From Candidatus Poseidoniales archaeon (GTDB lineage: Archaea; Thermoplasmatota; Poseidoniia; Poseidoniales; Poseidoniaceae): a stretch of 64,000 nucleotides of DNA. Where the stretch lies: assembly GCA_038106355.1 (NCBI GenBank), contig JAYODQ010000003.1, positions 2,534-66,533 of the forward strand, given 5' to 3'. The position numbers and the translations under genes are program-made. Below, piece by piece: positions 18,516-26,723 of this stretch (the stretch's first letter is position 1; the number at the start of each line of letters is the position of its first letter). The notes beneath the pieces are model-generated. The model was given only the letters and a program-made list of their open reading frames with translations, did no database searches and was not told the DNA's origin.

Positions 18516-21239
18516 ATGCGTTTTCTTGCATATGTCCTTTGTTGCATGTTGCTTTTACCTGCGTTTGCTGTTCAAGCGTTGATGGAAGAGGATACCACAT
18601 TTCGTCCTTCACACGCTGGGACAGATTATCCAGTGGGGCAGGAAGATTTTCAAATCAATTTTGGTTTTCAAACCCGTGCCTATCGAATGCTCTATCCTGC
18701 GATGACAGATGGCGACGGTGCCCAAATGGCAGGGAATGGTCCGTTTCCGTGGGTGTTGTTTTGGGGCGATTACAATGAGTTAAGTTCAGGTTACGACGAT
18801 TTTTCTTCCGCCCTTGTTCAACGTGGATTCATCGTCATTGTGGCACCTGAACCGGCGGACATCGACGAACTTGAAGACACTATATTGGAGGCTGAAGCGA
18901 TTGCGAGCATCATGGATGAGCAAAATCAAACCGGTGAATTGGTCGATGGTTCAATTGGAAACGTTGACACACAACATTGGGGAGTTGGTGGCCACGGCAA
19001 AGGTGCATTGCTTGCTTATGCTATGTTTCCATATTGGGAGCACAGCCAAGTGAACTCGTCAATTCAACCACCACGAGCCCTTTTCGGATTAGCCCTTGAT
19101 TCAACAGATTGGCCCGAATCCGTTGGCTGGTTTGAGTTCATAGACAATTCAATGGCGACCATTCCTATACCATCGAGCGGACTGTTCATTACAGGAACCG
19201 TTGATTCAATTTCTCCATCTGCAACCAACAGAGATTTTGTTCAAACCAATGGACAAATCGCATGGCATTGGATGCATTTGTTGGGTGCTGACCATTATCA
19301 GTTTCAAGATACGACCTCTATTTTTGAGAATGACAATACACCGGGAATTAGTCAAGAAGAGCAAATTGAAGAAAGTGCCTATCACATTGTCGCTTATCTT
19401 GATGCCACCCTGCGTGCTGACGTCGAACGATATCAAGTGGCGTTCAATCGTGAAGATAGTCGAGACGAGCCAAGTGATGCCTCCTCATACATCAGTGAAG
19501 ATATGTTGCTCGCCCAATTTGTCAAGGTGGGGCCAACCACAACCTCGCCTGTTGACGTCTCTCAACTTGAAGGCTGGGACAATTTGACCATGATGGCCAA
19601 TATTACCTTACGGGATGGGCGAACACTCTCTGAGGTGCCACAATATTGGGATATTGAAGTCGAATGTGGATGGATGTCTTCCAACCAAAAGGAAAACGGT
19701 ACGGTGCTTGCGAATTCCTCAGTCTCTTGCACATTACCAATGATGAATGTCTCACCCGGACAGCACACATCGTATCTCCGAGTCTTTGTCGATAAAACAC
19801 CCGGTGTAGCGTTTTTTGATGTTGAACGCACCAACACACCCCTTGAACTCAATCAACCACTCGCTGAATTCCGAGTGCCTCAACGAGGTGAAACCACACT
19901 TGATGTTGCCAACATTGCAACGGACCCAGATGGTCAAATCATTCGTGCTCTGCAAGCGAGTGTTGATGGCGCAGATGCCTCCCATTTTACAATTCAAGTC
20001 GGCGAAGGAGGGTTGAGTGTGACAGTCTCTCATAGTATCGATGAAGAATGGATTGGTGAAGCCGATGCTAATATCACGCTTCGAGCCGATGGTGTGTATC
20101 AAGACCAAAGGGATGTATTCGTTCGTATCGTTGTCTTACCTGTTGACGACCCAGTCGTCGTTCGTTCGACTATTCCACAACAAGTGCTTGAAGAAGATGG
20201 ACCAACGATTTCGGTGAATCTCACTGAAATTGTTACCGACCCAGAAGGCGATGAAATTCTTGCCCTCATTCAAGGTAAACCGACGGGTTCGACAAACTTT
20301 GTATCGTACGATATCGTTGACGGCGTGTTGTATCTCACGCCCCTCGCCAACACCAACGGTGCTGAAATCATCTCTCTACTCCTTGGAGATGGAACAAATC
20401 CAGGTGTTACCGTTGACCTACCCATCCGAATCAACCCCGTCGATGATATTCCCATCATCAACCAATCTGCATGGGTTGACATCAGCCTCGCTGAAGATGA
20501 GCAATTGGTCGTGGAATTATCTTCATTGGCCTACGATATCGATGGTGATCTGCTCGCTTGGTCATTCGAGATCGAATCCACAACGTTAAGCGGTGTTCTC
20601 GAAAACAACAGGCTCGTTCTGACCCCCAAAGAACATGCAAATGGGGATGCAGGGAAACTCACCCTGCGAGTTTCTGATGGTACGACGGTGTTCGAAGAAA
20701 ATTTGACTTTGCAGATTTCTTCGGTTCCCGACGCGCCCATCATTTCGATTCAATCTTCGACATTGTTGGACACTTCATCTGCTACCATTCAATGGCTCGT
20801 CATGGATGTCGATGGCCTTCCACGTCAAGAAGTTGAAATCATCATCAACGGCGAAACATTGCAGAATGTGTCGCATTCATGCCTGACCTCAAATATGAAC
20901 ACTATTTCTTGTGTTTCGATGGTACCTCTCCCTTTTAACGAAGAGGAAATATATGGAATTGAAGTCAAGTATTTTGACGAAGAATTGCAATCGTATTACA
21001 CTGCGAGCCTCGTGTTCGACGGAGGTACAGTTGAGGATAACACGAACCTCCCAACAAATGCAGAAGAAACTTCAACAGGACTTCCCGTCGAAGTTGTTGG
21101 ACTTGTTGTAGGTGCCTGCATCGTTCTCGCTGGAGTGTTTCGATTGTTCATAGGACGTGAATCAACCATCGAGGTGGTCGAAGAACAAACCAAAGAAACG
21201 CCGAGTGGACTGCTTGCTCGTGCTCAAAAGAAACAATAG
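18516..21239 (+). CDS. Secreted, C-terminally anchored surface protein: signal peptide, alpha/beta-hydrolase-like domain with a degenerate nucleophile motif, and cadherin-like repeats.
   Basis: Signal peptide MRFLAYVLCCMLLLPAFAVQA. FPWVLFWGDY...FIVIVAPEP...WGVGGHGKGALLAY resembles a lipase/dienelactone-hydrolase core. Repeat boundaries are LPVDDPVVV, NPVDDIPII and VPDAPIIS. The TM is VVGLVVGACIVLAGVF, followed by a short basic tail. Confidence 0.8.
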   Translation: MRFLAYVLCCMLLLPAFAVQALMEEDTTFRPSHAGTDYPVGQEDFQINFGFQTRAYRMLYPAMTDGDGAQMAGNGPFPWVLFWGDYNELSSGYDDFSSALVQRGFIVIVAPEPADIDELEDTILEAEAIASIMDEQNQTGELVDGSIGNVDTQHWGVGGHGKGALLAYAMFPYWEHSQVNSSIQPPRALFGLALDSTDWPESVGWFEFIDNSMATIPIPSSGLFITGTVDSISPSATNRDFVQTNGQIAWHWMHLLGADHYQFQDTTSIFENDNTPGISQEEQIEESAYHIVAYLDATLRADVERYQVAFNREDSRDEPSDASSYISEDMLLAQFVKVGPTTTSPVDVSQLEGWDNLTMMANITLRDGRTLSEVPQYWDIEVECGWMSSNQKENGTVLANSSVSCTLPMMNVSPGQHTSYLRVFVDKTPGVAFFDVERTNTPLELNQPLAEFRVPQRGETTLDVANIATDPDGQIIRALQASVDGADASHFTIQVGEGGLSVTVSHSIDEEWIGEADANITLRADGVYQDQRDVFVRIVVLPVDDPVVVRSTIPQQVLEEDGPTISVNLTEIVTDPEGDEILALIQGKPTGSTNFVSYDIVDGVLYLTPLANTNGAEIISLLLGDGTNPGVTVDLPIRINPVDDIPIINQSAWVDISLAEDEQLVVELSSLAYDIDGDLLAWSFEIESTTLSGVLENNRLVLTPKEHANGDAGKLTLRVSDGTTVFEENLTLQISSVPDAPIISIQSSTLLDTSSATIQWLVMDVDGLPRQEVEIIINGETLQNVSHSCLTSNMNTISCVSMVPLPFNEEEIYGIEVKYFDEELQSYYTASLVFDGGTVEDNTNLPTNAEETSTGLPVEVVGLVVGACIVLAGVFRLFIGRESTIEVVEEQTKETPSGLLARAQKKQ

Positions 21240-21240
21240 T

Positions 21241-22803
21241 TTACAATGGAATATTTCCATGTTTTTTGGGCGGCGACCATTCGCGCTTCGATTTCAAGAT
21301 GGAGAGTGCTCGACATAACCTCAAACGGCTTTCTTGCGGTTCAATCACATCGTCAAGCCAACCATTTCGTGCCGCAACATACGGGTCACCAAATTTTCGT
21401 TTGTACGAATCGACGAGTTCGGCTCTCACCATTTCTTTTTGGTCCTCGGTTGCTTCCTGAATTTCTCTGCGATGGATGATGTTGACTGCACCTTCTGCAC
21501 CCATGACTGCGAGTTCAGCCGTTGGCCATGCAACATTGTAATCGCTTCTCAGATGTTTGCATGACATAGCCAAATATGCCCCTCCGTATGCTTTTCTTGT
21601 CACGAGTGTCAATTTTGGAACGGTTGCTTCTGCGTATGCAAACAAGAGTTTTGCACCATGCCGAATGATGCCGCCCCATTCTTGAACGACACCCGGTAAA
21701 AATCCAGGAACATCTTCAAAGGTAACGAGGGGAATATTGAGAGCGTCGCATGTTCGAATAAATCGAGCTGCTTTGACCGAGGCGTCAATGTCCAAACAAC
21801 CTGCAAGGATCTTTGGTTGGTTACCCACGACGCCGATGGTTTGACCGTTTAATCTAGCAAATCCAATGATAATGTTGTCTGCGTACGCTTCAAACAACTC
21901 AAGGAATTCGCCATCATCAACAACTTCCTTGACAACTTGAACCATATCGTATGGTTTGTTTGGATTGTCTGGTACCAGGGATTCAAGTTCAGTATTCAAA
22001 CGGTCTATTGGGTCGTCGGTGGGAACTGTTGGAGGTTCAGCATCATTGTGGTCTGGTAGATACGAGAGCAAAAGTGAAGCAAGTTCACAAGCGTCTAACT
22101 CATCCTCGGCAATGAGGCAAGCAATACCCGAACGCGAAGCATGCAAAGTTGCTCCGCCAAGGCCCTCTGCATCGATTTCACCTTCGATGACTTCTGGTGT
22201 TTCAAGAGGCGAGGAGAGGAACAACTGTCCATGTTCTTGACCAAGAATCGTGAAGTCCGCTAGGGTGGCTGCGAGAGCAGATACACCCACGACCGGGCCG
22301 AGAACCAGACTGATCACAGGAATCCGTCCGCTGCATTGAACAAGACGGTCGAGGAGTTCACCAGTTCCCCCAAGTGAGGCGATGCCATCATGTGCACGCT
22401 GACCGCCTCCATCCCACATGGCGATCAATGGAGCTTTGACACGTTCAGCCATCTCAACGATTTTTGCAATTTTTTTGGCGTGCATTTCGCCCATACTCCC
22501 ACCATGAACACTGAAGTCTTGAGCAAAACAATACACTCTTCGTCCATCTATTGTACCGTGGCCTGTGACCACGCCGTCGCCGAGAGTTTTGTGAAGGAAC
22601 ATGTTGTGGTCATCAGTTCTGTGGGTGACAAAGGCATCAATTTCAACAAAAGATTCCACGTCGAGAAGCAAGCCAATACGATCTCTTGCCGTTCCTCGAC
22701 CCGTAGCACGAATGGCTTCTTGTTTTTTGATGCCCCCACCAACACGTGCGAGTTCTCGCTTGTGCCGCAGGTCCTCAAGAGCCCGTTGAGCGTGATGCGC
22801 CAT
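21241..22803 (-). CDS. pccB: Acyl-CoA (propionyl/methylmalonyl-CoA) carboxyltransferase beta subunit.
   Basis: 520 aa, collinear with PccB/MmdA. Includes ARDRIGLLLD, the GGSMGE region and the GGAY...ELAVMG motif. Confidence 0.85.
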   Translation of the reverse strand: MAHHAQRALEDLRHKRELARVGGGIKKQEAIRATGRGTARDRIGLLLDVESFVEIDAFVTHRTDDHNMFLHKTLGDGVVTGHGTIDGRRVYCFAQDFSVHGGSMGEMHAKKIAKIVEMAERVKAPLIAMWDGGGQRAHDGIASLGGTGELLDRLVQCSGRIPVISLVLGPVVGVSALAATLADFTILGQEHGQLFLSSPLETPEVIEGEIDAEGLGGATLHASRSGIACLIAEDELDACELASLLLSYLPDHNDAEPPTVPTDDPIDRLNTELESLVPDNPNKPYDMVQVVKEVVDDGEFLELFEAYADNIIIGFARLNGQTIGVVGNQPKILAGCLDIDASVKAARFIRTCDALNIPLVTFEDVPGFLPGVVQEWGGIIRHGAKLLFAYAEATVPKLTLVTRKAYGGAYLAMSCKHLRSDYNVAWPTAELAVMGAEGAVNIIHRREIQEATEDQKEMVRAELVDSYKRKFGDPYVAARNGWLDDVIEPQESRLRLCRALSILKSKREWSPPKKHGNIPL

Positions 22804-22841
22804 GAACGATGTCTATTCAAAGACGGTTTTTGATTCATTGC

Positions 22842-24236
22842 CTACTCAAAAAGCACATCAGTTTGTTCACCGCACAATGGTTTTGCAATGTTTTCATTGA
22901 GCGAGAGATTGTTGGACAACAGCCAGTGTGCTTTGATAGCAACGGTATCCGGTGCACCTGCGATACCATGGCCGAGAAGACCGATCTTCTGTTGTTCTCG
23001 ACCTTTGGAATACACATTCATATTCACAGGTCCAAAGATACATTGATTGCACACAATGATGGGAATTTCGCGATTGACACACCGAACGAGTGTTCTCCAA
23101 AGGTTCTGATTTTCTGGAGCATCGCCCATACTATCTTCAATTGGCAAATGACCAAGGCCAGTGCCATGAATGATGATGGCATCGCAACCATCCTTGACCG
23201 TAGCTTCGATGTGTTCACCATGAAGATAAGGACCGGCAATGAATTGAAGAATTTTCAAATGAGGCAAAAACCCGTTGACATTGGTAGCGACTTTTCGGCC
23301 TCCTGCTACAATGGCTTCGCTGTAAGCAACTGTGGTTGTGTGGGAACAATCTGACCCATCGTACGAAATTGTTGCAAGAGGTTGGGCGTTGACCGCTTGA
23401 AAAGCATCCCGTCTTGAGGAATGCAACTTTCTCGTACTCATACCAGGCAACACCACACACTCGCCGTCGTTGGATGTATGGTGCATGATGACAACTGTTG
23501 AATCGCCTACATCACCGCACGGTGCTTCTCCATGGGCAGCCCAATATACCGCAGACAACAAGTTCTCAGGTGCGTCTGATGAACCTCGGTCGCTCGAGCG
23601 TTGTGAACCAACAAAGGCAATAGGCCCCGGAGCTTTTTCTCCTCGACCAGCCCATGCGAAACCTACGGCTGCTGCGGACAAGTGAAGTGTATCTGTACCG
23701 TGAGCAACAACCACACCTCGACATCCTTCGTCGAAAGCCTGTTTTGTCGCATTGACGATTTGATTCCAGTGCTGAGGGCGAATATCATCGCTAAACATGT
23801 TTCCAATTTTGAATGTTTCAAGTTGGGCAATGTTCGTGAGTTCGGGCAATTCTGCAACGAGTTCTTCTGGTTCAAAGCGTGCAATGACCGCACCTGTCTT
23901 GTAGTCGACTTTGGATGCGATGGTACCGCCTGTATGAATGAGGCGAACCCTCGGAAGATCTTTTGCAAAGGCTGCTGCTCCTTGATTGTCAGGTTTTTGT
24001 TGTAAAGGAGATGAACTCAAAGATTCCCATGAAACGATACCATCGATGGTGTAACTCGCATTGTAACCATTATCAAGTTTCAACGTAATGAAATCTTGAT
24101 TCATAAATGGGAGAACGAGTCCAACATGCTCGACTTCGTTCTCGAGTGATTGAACTCGAATACGAATACGCTCGCCTACATTCGGCAGTTCATCCATGGC
24201 ATGACCAACTCGGCCAAGCACATGAACATCACGCAT
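22842..24236 (-). CDS. gatD: Glutamyl-tRNA(Gln) amidotransferase subunit D.
   Basis: Asparaginase-type motifs HTGGTIAS and HGTDTL follow an archaeal GatD-type N-terminal domain (GERIRIRV...LKLDNGYN). An alternative ATG is at 24197. Confidence 0.85.
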   Translation of the reverse strand: MRDVHVLGRVGHAMDELPNVGERIRIRVQSLENEVEHVGLVLPFMNQDFITLKLDNGYNASYTIDGIVSWESLSSSPLQQKPDNQGAAAFAKDLPRVRLIHTGGTIASKVDYKTGAVIARFEPEELVAELPELTNIAQLETFKIGNMFSDDIRPQHWNQIVNATKQAFDEGCRGVVVAHGTDTLHLSAAAVGFAWAGRGEKAPGPIAFVGSQRSSDRGSSDAPENLLSAVYWAAHGEAPCGDVGDSTVVIMHHTSNDGECVVLPGMSTRKLHSSRRDAFQAVNAQPLATISYDGSDCSHTTTVAYSEAIVAGGRKVATNVNGFLPHLKILQFIAGPYLHGEHIEATVKDGCDAIIIHGTGLGHLPIEDSMGDAPENQNLWRTLVRCVNREIPIIVCNQCIFGPVNMNVYSKGREQQKIGLLGHGIAGAPDTVAIKAHWLLSNNLSLNENIAKPLCGEQTDVLFE

Positions 24237-24249
24237 TGCGAGTCATGAA

Positions 24250-24377
24250 TGGTGCCGAGAGCGGGACTCGAACCCGCGGCCTTCGGATGTCTCAGACATC
24301 GCAAGGTACGCACGTCATACGATTGCCTTGTGGGCTGCCCTATGAGTCCGACGCGCTACCAACTACGCCACCTCGGC
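24250..24377 (-). tRNA. tRNA with CAU anticodon (elongator Met, or Ile2 if modified). It has a 52-nt intron at the canonical 37/38 position and an encoded 3' CCA.
   Basis: Manual fold: acceptor GCCGAGG/TCTCGGC, D-arm GCGT-AGTTGGTA-GCGC, anticodon stem TCGGA/TCCGA, loop CTCATA|intron|A, T-arm GCGGG-TTCGAGT-CCCGC, then A-CCA. Exon 1 is 24341-24377, the intron is 24289-24340, and exon 2 is 24250-24288. Confidence 0.85.
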
Positions 24378-24491
24378 TTAGTTCGTGGGGGAAGCATTGA
24401 CTCTTTGAACCATACGGATGAGATTCCAACTTGAACAGAGTTGAGGGAAGTCTTCCGCATTCTTCTTTTAATGCGTTCATGACCAACGGTC

Positions 24492-25406
24492 ATGGTCGAC
24501 CTCAAGACGGCAATGGCAGCCGCCCAAGCCGAGCAACGCAAGAAGGCCGCCTCATCCATGGAAGAAAAAAAGAAGCGAAGAAGTGGACCTGATTTGGGTA
24601 TTGAACCATTTGACCCAGTCAAGTACGTCACAAAGGAACGGGCAGAAACCGCCTCGATGTGGCTTGTCATCGCCTATGCAATCATCATTACGATGATCAT
24701 GCGGTATTTGTTGATGCCCGGAACAGACAGAAACAACGCAGATATTCTTTACATGTTCCCTCTTGTTATGATTATACTGATTCCTCAAATTCATCGCATG
24801 GTGATGCCCAAAAAGTTTGTCGAGGTGTACGGTAAAGGAACGTGGTTCAAAGCAGCATTTTTACACACTTTCACATTTCTCTCGGTCGCATTTCTCTTGA
24901 CCAACCCGCCATTTGCAGATGTGGTCGCCCCTCAAATCTCAAGCACTTGGGTCATAGGAATCGAAGGCGAAGACGGGCTAGTCTACTCCAATGATTCAGG
25001 AAAGGGAGGAATCACTCATTGGCAACTCTCCGATTCAGAAAATGTCCTTGAGGGGCCAATTTGGCTTTTCTTTGGGCTTGCCGACAATGTGAATTCAGAT
25101 GGGGCATCTGTTGAAGTCACCTTGACCAACAACAATGGTGAATCAACATTGATGATGAACAATACCTATTGGGATACCCATTTCGATGACATTGTGAATG
25201 GTAAACGTATGGATAATTCGTCACTTCCAAACCTTCTGCCCCACGGTACTTTAGACCAACCAGTTGCAGTCTTACTCGGTTCTCAATTGGCACCAGGTAC
25301 GCACACCATCGAAGTCAAAATTATCGAGGATGGAAATCCTTGGGAAAACACTCGAACATACACATGGAAACTTGAAATTGCATCATCGCAAACATCAGTT
25401 CAATAA
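24492..25406 (+). CDS. Hypothetical membrane protein: basic N-terminus, about 3 TM helices, extracytoplasmic beta-rich C-terminal domain.
   Basis: The ORF has a K/R-rich N-terminus and hydrophobic helices (WLVIAYAIIITMIM, LYMFPLVMIILIP, FLHTFTFLSVAFLL). No motif recognised. Confidence 0.55.
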   Translation: MVDLKTAMAAAQAEQRKKAASSMEEKKKRRSGPDLGIEPFDPVKYVTKERAETASMWLVIAYAIIITMIMRYLLMPGTDRNNADILYMFPLVMIILIPQIHRMVMPKKFVEVYGKGTWFKAAFLHTFTFLSVAFLLTNPPFADVVAPQISSTWVIGIEGEDGLVYSNDSGKGGITHWQLSDSENVLEGPIWLFFGLADNVNSDGASVEVTLTNNNGESTLMMNNTYWDTHFDDIVNGKRMDNSSLPNLLPHGTLDQPVAVLLGSQLAPGTHTIEVKIIEDGNPWENTRTYTWKLEIASSQTSVQ

Positions 25407-25628
25407 TTCGCGATGTTGAACGACGATTGAATCCAGCAGTGTGGAAATTTGCTTGCACTGATAGGACCAGACGGTTTCGTTTGAGATTCGGTATTGTCGG
25501 TATTTTCTAATGATTCCAACACATGGTGTCCAACACAATGCATCAATGATGATCTGAATGTTCATAGCCGTAGGAATCTATGGTTCGATTTAAGTCGATG
25601 AAACAGAGCGAACGAAAAGTGAATGTGT

Positions 25629-26585
25629 TCACGAATTTAAGTGTTTGACAAGTCGAGCTGTCATGGCATCAAGTTGAATCTGTTCGCCACCGCCCTCAAC
25701 CAATCTGTAGTCGATTTCAGCCATCCACTCAGTCAGTTCCAATTTTGAATTTTCAGAAAGAAAATCGATATTATACAATTCGCGATGCAATTGATTGACG
25801 AAATCGGTACCTGCGAGTCCGTATGTATCGAGCAATTCCCTTAATCTGCGTCGAGCAGCATGAAAGCCATCATCTCGACACGAAGCAATGTACCGTTGTA
25901 ATTCCTCTGGCGGGGCGGTAGCACTGGTTTCGTAAATGAGGTCCCTTGTCACTTTGGGTTGTAATGCAGCAGCCACTTGAAGTCCAGTAATTGCTTTTCG
26001 CAAATCACCTTGGGAGATAAGGGTCAGTGCCTCAATAGCTTCCTCGGTAATGTCCAATTTTTCATCTTTGGAAACCTTGATGATTTGTTCGGTGACCTCG
26101 CTGCTTGACAATGGGCGAAAACGGAACACCGCACATCTCGATTGAATGGGTTCGATGATTTTTGATGAATAGTTACACGAGAGAATGAATCGGCATGTTT
26201 CTGCATATTGTTCCATAATACGTCGAAGGGCACCTTGAGCATCGGTGGTCAACGCATCGGCTTCGTCAAGAAAGATAATTTTGAACGCTGCCTTGCCATA
26301 AGGTGCAGTTCTTGCGAATTGTTTCACCTTTGAACGGATGCTATCAAGGCCGCGCTCATCGCTTGCGTTCATTTCAAGGAGATTTTCACGAAAATGTTCG
26401 CCAAAAATATCCTTCGTGAGTGCCATCGCAGCCGTGGTTTTTCCTGTGCCCGGCGGCCCGGAAAAGAGAAGATGAGGAAACGATTTCTTCCCTGCATACG
26501 TCGCTAATCGTTGAACGACAGCGGCTTGGCCCCTGATGTCCCCGACAGTACGAGGACGGTGTTTTTCAACCCACAATTCGCTCAT
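25629..26585 (-). CDS. rfcS: Replication factor C small subunit.
   Basis: WVEKHRPRTVGDIRGQ, Walker A GPPGTGKTT, DEAD-like box FLDEADALT, and SRC motif QSRC. 318 aa with no intein. A GGTGGTGA Shine-Dalgarno-like element sits directly upstream of the ATG. Confidence 0.9.
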   Translation of the reverse strand: MSELWVEKHRPRTVGDIRGQAAVVQRLATYAGKKSFPHLLFSGPPGTGKTTAAMALTKDIFGEHFRENLLEMNASDERGLDSIRSKVKQFARTAPYGKAAFKIIFLDEADALTTDAQGALRRIMEQYAETCRFILSCNYSSKIIEPIQSRCAVFRFRPLSSSEVTEQIIKVSKDEKLDITEEAIEALTLISQGDLRKAITGLQVAAALQPKVTRDLIYETSATAPPEELQRYIASCRDDGFHAARRRLRELLDTYGLAGTDFVNQLHRELYNIDFLSENSKLELTEWMAEIDYRLVEGGGEQIQLDAMTARLVKHLNS

Positions 26586-26691
26586 TCACCACCTGCTTTC
26601 GACGAGTGTCTTTCAACATTGGCATCAACAATTTTGAGTCGGGTTGTTCAAATACGAAATTCAAATTCTAAACATTCGATAGAAAAAACAG

Positions 26692-26697
26692 TATAAG
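26692..26697 (+). promoter_or_regulatory. Candidate TATA box for the 9.2 kb surface-protein gene.
   Basis: TATAAG lies 27-32 nt upstream of ATG 26724. This is consistent with an archaeal promoter driving a leaderless or short-leader mRNA. Confidence 0.3.
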
Positions 26698-26723
26698 TGG
26701 GGTGCGTGTAGGGGTTGAGCCCC

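Noticed and set aside
24289-24340. The tRNA intron might act as a box C/D methylation guide, given AUGACG and CUGA elements.
   Set aside because: The C-box match is poor. The sequence upstream of CUGA (ACCUUGCGAUGU) has no complement in the tRNA exons that I could find by eye.
25508-25557. Box C/D sRNA-like motifs in the 220-nt convergent intergenic region. They include AATGATT, AATGATGA at 25545-25552 followed by CTGA at 25554-25557, and a duplicated CCAACACA.
   Set aside because: The CTGA follows the ATGATGA box with 1 nt of spacing instead of a ~12-nt guide. No properly spaced D'/C' boxes or terminal stem could be found on either strand.
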